DNA of 64,000 nucleotides from an uncultured Prevotella sp. (GCF_900546575.1 NZ_URDM01000005.1); one strand, 5' to 3'. Counted from the stretch's first letter, positions 9,862 through 20,538 are shown. The notes: generated by a model not told the origin, from the sequence alone. Numbers and translations are program-made.

Positions 9862-10152
9862 TTATTCCATTGTTGCGTTCTTCATCTCTTCAACAAAGCA
9901 CTTTGCAGGCTTGAAGCTTGGCTGGTCGTGTGCGCCAATTTTCATTGTAGTCTTCTTCAAGATATTACGTGCTGTTTTGGCGGCGCGATGCTTAATGATA
10001 AAACTTCCAAATCCACGCAGGTAAACATTTTCCTTGTTTGACAACAAGCTGTCCTTGATGTTCTCCATGAAACTTTCTACGACAACCGAAACGTCCTTTT
10101 TCTGTAATCCTGTGCTTTCAGCAATTTTGTTAATGATATCTGCTTTAGTCAT
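9862..10152 (-). CDS. HU/IHF family DNA-binding protein
   Basis: MTKADII..., VYLRGFGSF, RAAKTARNI, PSFKP. Confidence 0.95.
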   Translation of the reverse strand: MTKADIINKIAESTGLQKKDVSVVVESFMENIKDSLLSNKENVYLRGFGSFIIKHRAAKTARNILKKTTMKIGAHDQPSFKPAKCFVEEMKNATME

Positions 10153-10212
10153 TTGAATGTATATGTTTTTATATTTTACGTATATAATTCAGCCCTTTAC
10201 TCTAAGGACGTG

Positions 10213-10220
10213 CAAAGATA
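10213..10220 (-). promoter_or_regulatory. -7 promoter element for the HU-bS22-rng unit
   Basis: TATCTTTG(CA) on the minus strand. Confidence 0.7.
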
Positions 10221-10390
10221 CTAGTTTTTCGTGTGATATGAAAATATATTGCCCACTTTTTTGACTTCAAACGCTATATTCATTGTCCGAACTCGTTTGT
10301 TTTCATGTCATTAACCAAGTGGGGGAGTAGTTGAGGGTGGTTTTTTAGGGGTTGCAGAGGACTATTTCTACGTAGAGTCAAAGGCTGTTG

Positions 10391-11743
10391 CTATGATGTG
10401 CTTGTTGACAACCGTTTTCTTGCCGTGAGATAAAAAGCCATGCTTACCATAGTGCCGGTAGCTACCCATGACACGGGATAAACGAGCATAATTGTACTGA
10501 AGCTGGTCCATACCGGACATACTGCGTACACCCAGACTATGCGTAGCAGGCAGGTGCCGAACACGGTAAGTATTGTCGGCAGCATTGATTTGCCCATACC
10601 ACGCAGGGCAGAGGCTGATATCTCATAGCTGCTGGCCATAAACTGGCATGCCAGAACTATCTCCATGCGGATTTTTCCGTAAGCCTGCACGTTGGCATCA
10701 TTACTGAAGAATGACAGGAAGAACTCGTGTTGCCATGTAAACAATCCGTTCAGAAAGCCACAGCACACCAGGCTCATTCCCATGCAGATCCAGAATATGC
10801 GTTTCACGCGCTCCTTGTTTCCTGCTCCATAGTTCTGTCCGATGAATGTTATAGCGGCTCCGTTGAATGCGCATATTACGAAATAGCAATAGTATTCGAA
10901 GTTCAATGCTGCTGCCGACCCGGCTATTGCGTCAGCACCATGGCTGTTTATTGCCGACTGAAGCAGAACGTTTGATATGGAGAATACCATGCCTTGCAGT
11001 CCGGCAGGAATGCCGATGATCAGCATTCTCTTGAGTTCGCTCCAGTATATTTTAGCTTCTTTTATGTGTATTCTATATGGTTCGTTCTCCTTTCGCAGCA
11101 GAAGTATAATTAGCAGGGCGCTTATTGCATTGGCTATGCCGGTGGCTATAGCCACTCCTTCTACTCCCATTTTCAGCACTATGACGAAGAATAGGTTGAG
11201 TATGGCATTGGCCACTCCTGCTACTACAAGAATGTATAAGGGGCGTCTGGTATCACCCATGCTGCGCAGTATGGCGGCTCCGAAGTTGAAGATGAGGAAG
11301 AAAGGGATGCTAAGGAAATATATCTGCAGATAGCTGATGGCCATTGGAAGCACGTCGTCAGGAGTGCCCATAAGTGTGAGTATGGGTCTGGCTGCCGCAA
11401 TTCCAATGACCATCAGTACAAGTCCGCTCAATACCGACACCATCTCGATAGTCCTGATTGACTTTCGTATGCTGTCAGCATCGTTTTGTCCGATGTGGTT
11501 GGATATTATCACATTGGCTCCCATTGACACTCCGAGAAACAGATTGATGAGCAGACTTATTACAGGCCCGTTGCTTCCTACAGCAGCCAAAGCCTGCTTG
11601 CTGGCAAAGTGTCCGACAACTGCCACATCCACCGAGTTGAATATCTGCTGCAGAACACTGCTTGCTGCAAGCGGTAGCGAGAACATCAGAATCTTCATGA
11701 ACAGCGGTCCGTGAAGCATGTCTATTTCATTGGATTTAGCCAT
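10391..11743 (-). CDS. MATE family efflux transporter
   Basis: About 12 TM; QQIFNSVDVAVVG, ILRSMGDTRRP, GVEGVAIAT, FIGQNYGAG. Confidence 0.93.
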   Translation of the reverse strand: MAKSNEIDMLHGPLFMKILMFSLPLAASSVLQQIFNSVDVAVVGHFASKQALAAVGSNGPVISLLINLFLGVSMGANVIISNHIGQNDADSIRKSIRTIEMVSVLSGLVLMVIGIAAARPILTLMGTPDDVLPMAISYLQIYFLSIPFFLIFNFGAAILRSMGDTRRPLYILVVAGVANAILNLFFVIVLKMGVEGVAIATGIANAISALLIILLLRKENEPYRIHIKEAKIYWSELKRMLIIGIPAGLQGMVFSISNVLLQSAINSHGADAIAGSAAALNFEYYCYFVICAFNGAAITFIGQNYGAGNKERVKRIFWICMGMSLVCCGFLNGLFTWQHEFFLSFFSNDANVQAYGKIRMEIVLACQFMASSYEISASALRGMGKSMLPTILTVFGTCLLRIVWVYAVCPVWTSFSTIMLVYPVSWVATGTMVSMAFYLTARKRLSTSTS

Positions 11744-11783
11744 GTCTTTGCGATTTATCCATGTTTATGTGAAGTACGGGGCT

Positions 11784-12116
11784 CTACTTCGTCTCGGGTA
11801 CAATGGCAAAGAACTCCGCGTCCTCACTGGTACGGTTCTCGGCTCTGTGGGTGTGGTCGCACGGACAGTAATGTACGTCGCCTGCGTGTGCTGTCTCTTC
11901 CTTTCCGTCGTATACGAATGTTATTTCACCTTTTAATATGTACATCACCTCGCAGTTGCCGATGTGTGTATGTGTGCCTATAGAGCTGCCTGCGGGCAGT
12001 GTATTGAGCATAATCTTTACCTTTCCGTCGTCAGCGAGCTTGGTTATGAAGTCGCCTTCACCACCCTTGAAGCCATCTACGTGCTTGGCTTCAATCTCTT
12101 TGAAATTGATAATCAT
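11784..12116 (-). CDS. Cupin domain protein
   Basis: GTHTHIGNCEVMYILKGE and GDVHYCPCDHTH cupin metal motifs. Confidence 0.9.
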   Translation of the reverse strand: MIINFKEIEAKHVDGFKGGEGDFITKLADDGKVKIMLNTLPAGSSIGTHTHIGNCEVMYILKGEITFVYDGKEETAHAGDVHYCPCDHTHRAENRTSEDAEFFAIVPETK

Positions 12117-12176
12117 GATATTTCCTCCTTTTTATTATGTGTTTTTGTGTGCCTACAGTAGTGTGATACACCTGTG

Positions 12177-13373
12177 TTATGCATGATAGTCCTTATGGCC
12201 TTTCTTTATGATGGCGTTGACAGAGCACGTCAATGTGGCAACGGCAAACAGAATGAGTGCCAGATGTGCTCCGTATGCAGCCTGGCTTCCCAGTCCGTAT
12301 TCGCCTGCCCATCCTATGGCTATGCCTACAAACAGACCGCCGTCGCTGGCCATAAAGTATGTGCTTTCTACTGTGCTTCGCTGGCAATGGCTGCTGTGGT
12401 CGAGCAGTTTGTAGAGCTGTTCGGAACTAGTCATACCGTAGCCCAAGCCCAGTACCATAGGTTTGAGTGTGTCGTCGAGCATTCCGTTGTGCATAGCCAT
12501 TGCTGCTATAGCCGCAAGAATGCAGACGTTGCCTATGGCCGATGTGAACTTGCCAGTACGTACAGCCTTGTATTTCAACAGGATTATGGCTATGACAAAT
12601 CCTACGGCTATTGCCGAAAGGAACTCGATGCTCATGTGTGTGGCCATTACTATTCCAAGTGCAGCGCCCATAAGTGCTATCACGATAGCGACATTCCATC
12701 CTTGTGGCAGAAAGAAGCGGTCGATGGACAGCACATGGGTACCTTCTTCGGGTGCGCGGAACGGGAACTTCACCATCATCACCAGTATTGCGGCTATGAG
12801 TGCTGTTGCTGCTCCGATGGCGTAATATGCTGTGCCTTGCGTCTCCTGGCGTATAAGTATGGCAGCTATCGGACCGGCAGCTACAGCCAGTCGTGATATC
12901 CATATTGCGGCATAGTTGGCCTCGGTGCGGTGGCACGACTCTGTCTTGTCAATAAGTAATGTGCATGAGAGTACTCGCTTGGCGTGACCGAAAACGAAGC
13001 CTCCCCAAATGCACGCTGCCATAAGCCATGTTATCTGTGTAGTGTCGATGCGCCTGTTGGCCGACACGTCGAATGTAGACATGGCGAGGATTGTGGCGCT
13101 AAGGCAGAATGTAGATACCAGAAACACCTTATTGCGGCGGTAGCGTTGTATGAGCCAGCTGCCGAACAATCCAGAGATACCTATTCCGGCAACGAATGCG
13201 CCCATTGTCAGACAGGCCCATTCTGCGTCTACATAATTATTCCAGTATAGTCTGCATGGCAGGAACGGTATTGTCATGTAGCAGGCTACACACAGCAGCA
13301 ACTCGGCTATTATAAGCAGCGAGAAGTCGCGGTTCCACATCTTGTGGTATGTCGGCGTGCACGTATTGTCCAT
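12177..13373 (-). CDS. Divergent MFS transporter, translationally coupled to panB
   Basis: Many TM helices; MWNRDF N-terminus; GSWLIQRYRRNK loop motif; TAATG overlap with the panB stop. Confidence 0.7.
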   Translation of the reverse strand: MDNTCTPTYHKMWNRDFSLLIIAELLLCVACYMTIPFLPCRLYWNNYVDAEWACLTMGAFVAGIGISGLFGSWLIQRYRRNKVFLVSTFCLSATILAMSTFDVSANRRIDTTQITWLMAACIWGGFVFGHAKRVLSCTLLIDKTESCHRTEANYAAIWISRLAVAAGPIAAILIRQETQGTAYYAIGAATALIAAILVMMVKFPFRAPEEGTHVLSIDRFFLPQGWNVAIVIALMGAALGIVMATHMSIEFLSAIAVGFVIAIILLKYKAVRTGKFTSAIGNVCILAAIAAMAMHNGMLDDTLKPMVLGLGYGMTSSEQLYKLLDHSSHCQRSTVESTYFMASDGGLFVGIAIGWAGEYGLGSQAAYGAHLALILFAVATLTCSVNAIIKKGHKDYHA

Positions 13374-14194
13374 TAATATGATTCTGTTTCGTTAGGGAAG
13401 TCGGTCGACTTGACATCGCTGACATACTGTGCTATGGCAGAAGTCATGACGTTGTACAGATCGGCGTATTTTCTTACAAACTTTGGCTTGAAGCTTGGGT
13501 TCATACCGAGCATGTCGGCATAAACAAGCACCTGCCCGTCGCAACAGTTTCCTGCGCCTATGCCTATAGTGGCACAGCTTACGCTTTCGGTTACTTTCTG
13601 TGCAAGTGCAGCTGGAACTTTCTCAAGTACAATGCAGAAGCATCCTGCCTCATCAAGAGCCTTGGCATCGGCTATGAGCTTCTCTGCCTCGGCCTCGTCC
13701 TTGGCGCGCAGTCCGTAACCTCCGAATTTATGTACACTCTGAGGTGTAAGTCCTAAATGCCCACTTACGGGGATTCCAGCGTCTACCATTCGCTTTATCA
13801 TAGGTGCAATCTCGGCTCCGCCTTCAATCTTGACTGCATCTGCTCCTGTCTCCTTCATTATGCGTATTGCGTTGCGCAGACCGTCTTCTTCCGAAACCTG
13901 ATAGCTACCGAATGGCATATCGCATATTACAAGAGCATGGCTCACGGCGCGGACTACCGAGCGTGCATGGTAGATCATTTCGTCGACAGTGATGGGCAAA
14001 GTAGTCATATTGCCGTCCATCACGTTAGAAGCTGAATCGCCAATAAGGATTGCGTCCACTCCGCCAGCGTCAATTATCGATGCTGTAGTGTAGTCGTAAG
14101 CGGTGAGCCAGCTAATCTTCTCGCCGTTGCGTTTCATCTCAAAAAACAGGGGGGCTGTAATCTTCTTCTTGCTTGTGCTTAAATATCCAGACAT
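13373..14194 (-). CDS. panB: 3-methyl-2-oxobutanoate hydroxymethyltransferase
   Basis: LTAYD, ILIGDS, DMPFGSY, VKIEGG, GHLGLTPQS, TIGIGAG, DGQVLV; start at MSGY. Confidence 0.97.
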   Translation of the reverse strand: MSGYLSTSKKKITAPLFFEMKRNGEKISWLTAYDYTTASIIDAGGVDAILIGDSASNVMDGNMTTLPITVDEMIYHARSVVRAVSHALVICDMPFGSYQVSEEDGLRNAIRIMKETGADAVKIEGGAEIAPMIKRMVDAGIPVSGHLGLTPQSVHKFGGYGLRAKDEAEAEKLIADAKALDEAGCFCIVLEKVPAALAQKVTESVSCATIGIGAGNCCDGQVLVYADMLGMNPSFKPKFVRKYADLYNVMTSAIAQYVSDVKSTDFPNETESY

Positions 14195-14272
14195 GTTGTT
14201 TTTGTTTGTTTCATTATATTGCCACAACTTGGCTTGTGGCGCTTTTATGTATAATTTGTTTTAAACGATGTA

Positions 14273-14280
14273 CAAAATTA
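14273..14280 (-). promoter_or_regulatory. -7 promoter element for panB
   Basis: TAATTTTG on the minus strand. Confidence 0.55.
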
Positions 14281-14351
14281 CATCTTTTTTGTTAATCGGG
14301 CAAAGGTTATCCCATATTAAATTGGTCAGACCATCTTTTCCCCTGCAAATA

Positions 14352-15545
14352 CTATAATTTAAACCTATGTTTTCTTGATGCCTTATGAGGTGTGTCGCCT
14401 CTGGGTGTTATGCCTGGCATGAATGGTGTAGCGCTGCTTCCACGAGCAGCTCCGCGATACTGACGCCATCTGTCGTGAATGCGTGCCACGTACGTTACGG
14501 TTTCGTGTCCGCGCATATATCCGTATTTCACTACAGGGTCGTTGTAGTATTGTGGCGTGCTGAGTTTCAGTACAAACTCTGCCACATCAGACCATCTGTA
14601 TTGGTTTTTGCCGTATTTTCTTGCCAATGCCATAGCGTCGCGTATGTGTAGCGAGCCTCCATTGTAACTGCCGAGTACAAATGATAGGCGCTCTAATGGA
14701 TCTCTTACGTCTTGAAAGGAAGAGTTTAGTTTATTAATGTAACGTGCTGAGGCATAGATGTTTTCTTCAGGGTCGTAAATCTTTGACATGGGCAGTCCGA
14801 CTTGGGCTGCTGTAGACGGCATTATCTGCATCAGTCCGCAGGCTCCTGCCCATGAGTAAGCCTTGGGGTCGAAACAAGATTCTTGATAGCATTGTGCTGC
14901 AAGAAGTCGCCAGTCCCATCGGGCTATGGGCGAATACTTTATGAACAGATGGTCGTATTGCGAAATAATGCCAGACTTGGCATTGAGCATCGGAGCGTAA
15001 GTGTGTCGGTGGATACTCTGTGTGGAGTATCTGAGTCGCTCCTCGTTCTGTATTTGGGCAATTAGCTTCGGCGTATACCAGTTGTTTATTGAGTCAGCCA
15101 GTTCTCTTGAGTCCTTGCCGGTCAGCCACGATGTCTTGAGCGAGTCTACGCTATATCCGCATGGTATGGTACCTTTTGTGACTTTCGGCATCTGATAGGC
15201 GATGATGTCGGCCTCGCCGTCCTTTAGTCGTCTGAGCATTTCGTCTGTGCTCTTGCATACCTCTACTCTAAGCGATACGCCTATGTGTTGGGCGAACTTC
15301 TCGCATAGTAGGAACTGTGTGCCCATACCACGTCCGTGATAGTCGAAATAGGTGTCGGGGCCGGTCATGGTAAGCATGATGAGTTCGCCGTTCTGCATCA
15401 TGTCGTCCATTGAGAGATTGGAGCTGATGGCTGCGGTGTCGTCATCGATAGGTTCGCCCCATGGTGTCATCTCCTTGTTCTTTTTTTCGCTGCATCCGCA
15501 AATGCATATTGCGACCAAAATAATGTATAAATATTGTAATTGCAT
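14352..15545 (-). CDS. MltF-like lytic transglycosylase lipoprotein (SBP-like + SLT domain)
   Basis: Lipobox ICGC; QCYQES catalytic Glu motif, GACGLMQIMP, SYNGG, ETVTYV. Confidence 0.85.
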   Translation of the reverse strand: MQLQYLYIILVAICICGCSEKKNKEMTPWGEPIDDDTAAISSNLSMDDMMQNGELIMLTMTGPDTYFDYHGRGMGTQFLLCEKFAQHIGVSLRVEVCKSTDEMLRRLKDGEADIIAYQMPKVTKGTIPCGYSVDSLKTSWLTGKDSRELADSINNWYTPKLIAQIQNEERLRYSTQSIHRHTYAPMLNAKSGIISQYDHLFIKYSPIARWDWRLLAAQCYQESCFDPKAYSWAGACGLMQIMPSTAAQVGLPMSKIYDPEENIYASARYINKLNSSFQDVRDPLERLSFVLGSYNGGSLHIRDAMALARKYGKNQYRWSDVAEFVLKLSTPQYYNDPVVKYGYMRGHETVTYVARIHDRWRQYRGAARGSSATPFMPGITPRGDTPHKASRKHRFKL

Positions 15546-15568
15546 AGAATATACGTCTATTTTGCTTA

Positions 15569-15616
15569 CAAAAGTACAATAATTCTTGCATAATACCTAG
15601 AAAAAAGTTACTTTTG
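15569..15616. promoter_or_regulatory. Divergent -7 promoters for the mltF-like gene (-) and hisG (+)
   Basis: TACTTTTG on minus at 15569-15576 and on plus at 15609-15616. Confidence 0.7.
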
Positions 15617-15653
15617 CGACACTTTAAGGTAAGAAATATAATTTTTTCAGAGT

Positions 15654-16505
15654 ATGTTAAGAATTGCAGTCCAATCAAAGGGTCGTCTGTATGACGATAC
15701 CATGAATCTGCTTGCTGAGGCCGACATCAAGGTGAGTTCGAGCAAGCGAACACTTTTAGTACAGGCGTCCAACTTTCCACTTGAGGTTCTTTTCCTGCGC
15801 GACGATGACATTCCGCAGAGTGTGGCTTCTGGTGTTGCCGATATAGGTATAGTTGGCGAGAACGAGTATCAGGAGCGTGGTGAGAATGTACAGATATTGT
15901 CTCGTCTTGGATTCAGCAAGTGTCGTCTGTCGCTCGCCATCTCTAAGGAGGTGAACTATACCGGACCTCAATGGTTCAACGGCAAGCGCATTGCCACTTC
16001 TTATCCTAATGTCCTAAGCAAATACTTGCGCCAAAATGGAATAAAGGCTGACATTCATGTTATTACGGGTAGCGTGGAGATTAGTCCGGGTATTGGTCTT
16101 GCCGATGGAATCTTCGACATTGTAAGCTCGGGCAGTACGCTTGTGAGCAACAATCTGCGCGAGGTGGAAATCGTCACCCACAGCGAGGCTTTGCTTGTAG
16201 GCAACTGGAATCTCGACGATGAGAAGCATCAGATACTCAACGAAATGCTGTTCCGCTTCTCGGCAGTACGTTCGGCTCAGGACAAGAAGTATGTAATGAT
16301 GAACGCTCCTAAGGCGAGTGTGCCCGAAATAATAAAGGTGTTGCCTGGCATAAAGAGCCCTACGGTAATTCCTCTTGCAGAAGAAGGATGGTGTTCTGTA
16401 CATACTGTGCTTGACGAGAAGCGCTTCTGGTCGATTATTGCCAAGCTTAAGGATTTGGGCGCTCAGGGCATACTCGTAACGCCTATTGAGAAAATGATTC
16501 TGTAG
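15654..16505 (+). CDS. hisG: ATP phosphoribosyltransferase, long form
   Basis: LRIAVQSKGRL, RDDDIP, IATSYP, GSVE, DIVSSGSTL, C-terminal regulatory domain. Confidence 0.97.
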   Translation: MLRIAVQSKGRLYDDTMNLLAEADIKVSSSKRTLLVQASNFPLEVLFLRDDDIPQSVASGVADIGIVGENEYQERGENVQILSRLGFSKCRLSLAISKEVNYTGPQWFNGKRIATSYPNVLSKYLRQNGIKADIHVITGSVEISPGIGLADGIFDIVSSGSTLVSNNLREVEIVTHSEALLVGNWNLDDEKHQILNEMLFRFSAVRSAQDKKYVMMNAPKASVPEIIKVLPGIKSPTVIPLAEEGWCSVHTVLDEKRFWSIIAKLKDLGAQGILVTPIEKMIL

Positions 16506-16553
16506 AAGATTTTATAGATTTTATACTTATATTGAATTAGACGTATATAAAAT

Positions 16554-17846
16554 ATGAAGGTATATAAAAATCCTGATCGTTCGGAATGGGCGGATATCTG
16601 CCTGCGTCCGCATCTTGACGTTTCGAGTCTCAACAGCGCTGTGTCTGGCATTCTCGATGATGTGCGACTCAGAGGCGACGAGGCCGTAAAGGAGTATGAG
16701 GCCAAGTTCGACCATGCTGTGCTTGGCGAGCTGATGGTAAGCGAAGAGGAAAAGGCAGAGGCAATGGCTGTCATTGACCGCGAACTGCTTGATGCAATAA
16801 GGCTTGCCCATGACAATATCCATAAGTTTCATAAGGCCCAGCTCATGTCGGCCTGTAAGGTTGAGACTGCACCAGGTGTGGTATGCTGGCAGAAGCAGTT
16901 GCCAATAGAGCGTGTGGGATTGTATATACCGGGCGGTACGGCGCCGCTCTTCTCTACGGTTCTGATGCTTGCCACGCCTGCCAAGATAGCCGGTTGCAGC
17001 GAGATAGTGCTCTGCACGCCTCCTATGGCCGACGGCAAGGTGAACCCAGCAATTCTGGCTGCTGCCAATGTGGTGGGCGTTGATAAGGTGTTCAAGATTG
17101 GCGGTGTGCAGGCTGTTGGTGCGATGGCATACGGTACGCAGTCGGTGCCCAAGGTGTACAAGATATTCGGCCCAGGCAACCAATATGTCATGGCTGCCAA
17201 ACAGCACGTGTCACTTCATGAGGTGGCAATAGACATGCCAGCAGGCCCTTCCGAGGTTTGTGTCATAGCCGACGCAGAGAGCAATGCTGAGTTTGTTGCT
17301 GCCGACCTTCTATCGCAAGCTGAGCACGGCATCGATTCACAGGTGCTGCTTGTCAGTACTTCTGAGGATATGATTGACTCTGTGCAGCAGCAGATTGAAC
17401 TGCAGCTTGCCAAGTTGCCGCGTCGCGAGATAGCAATGAAGACGCTCGAAAACAGCAAGGCTGTGCTTGTGTCTGATACCGATGAGGCAATAGAACTGAG
17501 CAACGCATATGCTCCCGAACACCTCATTATAGCCACAGCTGACTATGAGCGTCTGGCCGAGAGGGTGGTGAATGCCGGCAGCGTATTCCTTGGAGATTAT
17601 GCCTGCGAAAGTGCAGGCGACTATGCCAGCGGAACCAACCACACATTGCCAACACACGGATATGCTACGGCTTACAATGGTGTGAATATTGACAGCTTCA
17701 TGCGTAAGGTTACTTTCCAGCACCTAAGCGCCGAGGGCATTCGCTCTATAGGTCGCGCTGTGGAGGTGATGGCTGCTGCCGAACATCTAGACGCTCATCG
17801 CAACGCCATGAGTGTGCGCATGGCCAAACTGAACTCTACTCATTAA
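16554..17846 (+). CDS. hisD: Histidinol dehydrogenase
   Basis: [49 protein letters not shown]. Confidence 0.97.
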   Translation: MKVYKNPDRSEWADICLRPHLDVSSLNSAVSGILDDVRLRGDEAVKEYEAKFDHAVLGELMVSEEEKAEAMAVIDRELLDAIRLAHDNIHKFHKAQLMSACKVETAPGVVCWQKQLPIERVGLYIPGGTAPLFSTVLMLATPAKIAGCSEIVLCTPPMADGKVNPAILAAANVVGVDKVFKIGGVQAVGAMAYGTQSVPKVYKIFGPGNQYVMAAKQHVSLHEVAIDMPAGPSEVCVIADAESNAEFVAADLLSQAEHGIDSQVLLVSTSEDMIDSVQQQIELQLAKLPRREIAMKTLENSKAVLVSDTDEAIELSNAYAPEHLIIATADYERLAERVVNAGSVFLGDYACESAGDYASGTNHTLPTHGYATAYNGVNIDSFMRKVTFQHLSAEGIRSIGRAVEVMAAAEHLDAHRNAMSVRMAKLNSTH

Positions 17847-17850
17847 CAAT

Positions 17851-18888
17851 ATGAAAACTCTTAGTGAACTTGTCAGACCCAACATTCTAGGTCTGGCACC
17901 ATACAGCTGCGCTCGTGACGAATTCAAGGGTAGGGATGCCCATGTGTTTCTCGATGCCAACGAGAGTCCATACAACTCGCCCTTCAACCGTTATCCCGAT
18001 CCTCTGCAGATGAAGGTGAAGGAGAAGTTGGCGCGTGTCAAGGGTGTTGCGCCCGAGAATATGTGTCTAGGCAACGGTAGCGACGAGACCATAGACCTTG
18101 CCTACAGATGTTTCTGTCGTCCGGGCATTGATAACGTGGTGGCCATGGAACCTACCTACGGTATGTATAAGGTTTGTGCCGATGTCAACGACGTGGAATA
18201 TCGCAAGGTGCTGCTTGACGACAACTTTCAGATTTCGGCCGATGCTATGCTATCTGCCTGCGACGACCGCACGAAGATAATATGGTTGTGCTCTCCAAAT
18301 AATCCTACGGGCAATCTTCTGAATGCTGTCGAAATAGAGAAGATACTCACTACGTTTGGCGGTATTGTTGTAGTCGACGAGGCTTATTCCGACTTCAACA
18401 AGGCTCGTGCGTGGCGTACGCGATTGGCCGAATTTCCCAATCTGATTGTATTCAACACTATGAGCAAGGCTTGGGGATGTGCTGCCATTCGCCTTGGTAT
18501 GGCATTTGCAAGTAAGGAAATTATCGAGTTGTTCAGCAAGGTGAAGTATCCTTACAATGTCAACGAACTTACCCAGAACTTTGCTATTCAGCGCCTTTCG
18601 GATGCGTTTGAGGTGGAGAAGTGGGTGCGTACCATTGTTGTGGAGCGTGAGCGAATGGTAGTGGCTTTCGGTCAGCTACCCATTTGTGAGAAGGTTTATC
18701 CAACCGATGCCAATTTCTTCCTCGCCAAGGTGAACGATGCTCCACATATCTACAACTACCTTATCGACCGTGGCATCGTTGTGCGCAATCGCAACAATGT
18801 GCAGCTTTGCCATAACTGTCTGCGCATAACAGTAGGCTCGAAGAATGAGAATAATGAATTGCTTGCTGCTTTGAGGCAATATTTATAA
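17851..18888 (+). CDS. hisC: Histidinol-phosphate aminotransferase
   Basis: [33 protein letters not shown] (PLP Lys). Confidence 0.96.
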   Translation: MKTLSELVRPNILGLAPYSCARDEFKGRDAHVFLDANESPYNSPFNRYPDPLQMKVKEKLARVKGVAPENMCLGNGSDETIDLAYRCFCRPGIDNVVAMEPTYGMYKVCADVNDVEYRKVLLDDNFQISADAMLSACDDRTKIIWLCSPNNPTGNLLNAVEIEKILTTFGGIVVVDEAYSDFNKARAWRTRLAEFPNLIVFNTMSKAWGCAAIRLGMAFASKEIIELFSKVKYPYNVNELTQNFAIQRLSDAFEVEKWVRTIVVERERMVVAFGQLPICEKVYPTDANFFLAKVNDAPHIYNYLIDRGIVVRNRNNVQLCHNCLRITVGSKNENNELLAALRQYL

Positions 18889-18949
18889 AGGATATATTGA
18901 TAGAAAATATTGGCTTGTCTGAATATGTAAAGATAAAGCTAACTACGCT

Positions 18950-19020
18950 AAAACTTTGGTTATAAATAACTAAAAACTCGTTGTACATTCTCCTAGTGTG
19001 GATGTACAACGAGTTTTTTG
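18950..19020. repeat. Dispersed palindromic element, copy 1 (may also act as bidirectional terminator)
   Basis: TATAAATAACTAAAAACTCGTTGTACATTC-loop-GGATGTACAACGAGTTTTT; near-identical to 63927-63993. Confidence 0.85.
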
Positions 19021-19173
19021 TAATGTTTTTTTCTTATTTTATATTGATGCTATAGTGTCTTCGTTGGATTATTGCAGTACTAGGCATAAGTACTGAGGCT
19101 ATATCATATATAAAAATAGAAGGTAAACACAAATTAGTATTTACCTCCTACTTGATTATTTTATAACTTTTAA

Positions 19174-20538
19174 TTATAAAGCCATGTCGTGCAAAATTTC
19201 AGACAGGGTAGGGTGGATGTGTATGATGTTGGCCAGCTGCTGAAGTGTAGTGCCGCTGTTCATCAATGCTGCAATCTCCTGTACCATATCGGCTGAGTGG
19301 GCACCAAATGCGTGACATCCTACTATCCTCTGGTCATTGGCTGTATCAACGAGGAGTTTTATCATTCCGTCGGTCTCGTTCATAGCGAGCGCTTTGCCGT
19401 TGGAGCGGTAGAAACCCTTGCGACACTCGTAGGCGCGCTGCTCGGCCTTCAGCTGGTCTTCGCTCAATCCTACGCTTGCTGCCTCGGGATTGGTGAATAT
19501 GGCAGATGGCATTACGTCGAAGCGGATGTCATCGGGGCGGTTGAGTATGCGATTGACCACATGCAGACCTTGGAATGTGGCTGCATGTGCCAGCAGACAG
19601 CGTCCGTTGACGTCGCCGATGGCGTATACGCCACTAACGTTAGTCTGGAAATCATCGTCTACCACTATGCCTTTAGGCGAGTGTTCTATGCCTACCTGTT
19701 CGAGTGCGAGACCTTCTGTGCAGGGTTTGCGTCCGGTAGCTATAAGCACCATATCTGCATCTATGCTAACAGGTTTGCCCTTTTTCTCGAAGCTTACAGT
19801 CAACTGTTTGGTTCCGTCTTCGGCATCGGTCTGCGTTATCGACTTTACAGCCGACTGCATATAGAATTCTACACCACGCTTGCCTATGGTCTGACGCAGG
19901 CGCTTGGCAATGTCGGAGTCGAGCACGGGCAGACATTCCTTAAGAAACTCTATTACCGTTACGTTGCTGCCAAAGCTGCTGAACACCGATGCAAACTCCA
20001 TGCCTATCACTCCTGCGCCTATGATGCACAGGCGTTTGGGCAGGTGGTCGATATCAAGCAGTTCGGTTGAAGTGACAACTCCCGGCAATGTGGTTCCCTC
20101 TATAGGCGGACACTTTGAATCGCTGCCTGTGGCTATTATGATGTTTTCGGCCGTGTACTGCTCGTTGCCAACGGCTACTGTATGAGCATCAGCAAATGAG
20201 GCTGTTCCTCGCACGAGCGTAATGCCAGGTGTCTGCATGAGTGTTTCCACTCCGCTGCGCAGCTGACCAACAACCTCTTGCTTACGCTCAATCACCCGGC
20301 CGAAGTCGAGTGAGTAGCCTTCGCCCATAAGTCCGAATGTGTCGGCATGGCGTAGCGTGTCTACTATTTCGGCGTTGCGGCAGAGTGTTTTGGTGGGTAT
20401 ACAGCCACGATTGAGGCATGTGCCTCCAGCTTCAGCCTTCTCGATGATGACAACCGATAGTCCGTGCAAGGCAGCATGGTGGGCGGCACGATAGCCGCCC
20501 GGACCCGAGCCTATGATAATTAAATCCGAATGTATCAT
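19174..20538 (-). CDS. lpdA: Dihydrolipoyl dehydrogenase (glycine cleavage L protein)
   Basis: GSGPGG, GGTCLNRGCIPTK redox disulfide, GAGVIG, HPTLSE. Confidence 0.96.
   Translation of the reverse strand: MIHSDLIIIGSGPGGYRAAHHAALHGLSVVIIEKAEAGGTCLNRGCIPTKTLCRNAEIVDTLRHADTFGLMGEGYSLDFGRVIERKQEVVGQLRSGVETLMQTPGITLVRGTASFADAHTVAVGNEQYTAENIIIATGSDSKCPPIEGTTLPGVVTSTELLDIDHLPKRLCIIGAGVIGMEFASVFSSFGSNVTVIEFLKECLPVLDSDIAKRLRQTIGKRGVEFYMQSAVKSITQTDAEDGTKQLTVSFEKKGKPVSIDADMVLIATGRKPCTEGLALEQVGIEHSPKGIVVDDDFQTNVSGVYAIGDVNGRCLLAHAATFQGLHVVNRILNRPDDIRFDVMPSAIFTNPEAASVGLSEDQLKAEQRAYECRKGFYRSNGKALAMNETDGMIKLLVDTANDQRIVGCHAFGAHSADMVQEIAALMNSGTTLQQLANIIHIHPTLSEILHDMAL

Noticed and set aside
10317..10370. G-rich tract sharing GGGGAGTAGTTG with 63043-63054
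   Set aside because: A 12-bp match with no extension or clear structure; could be chance
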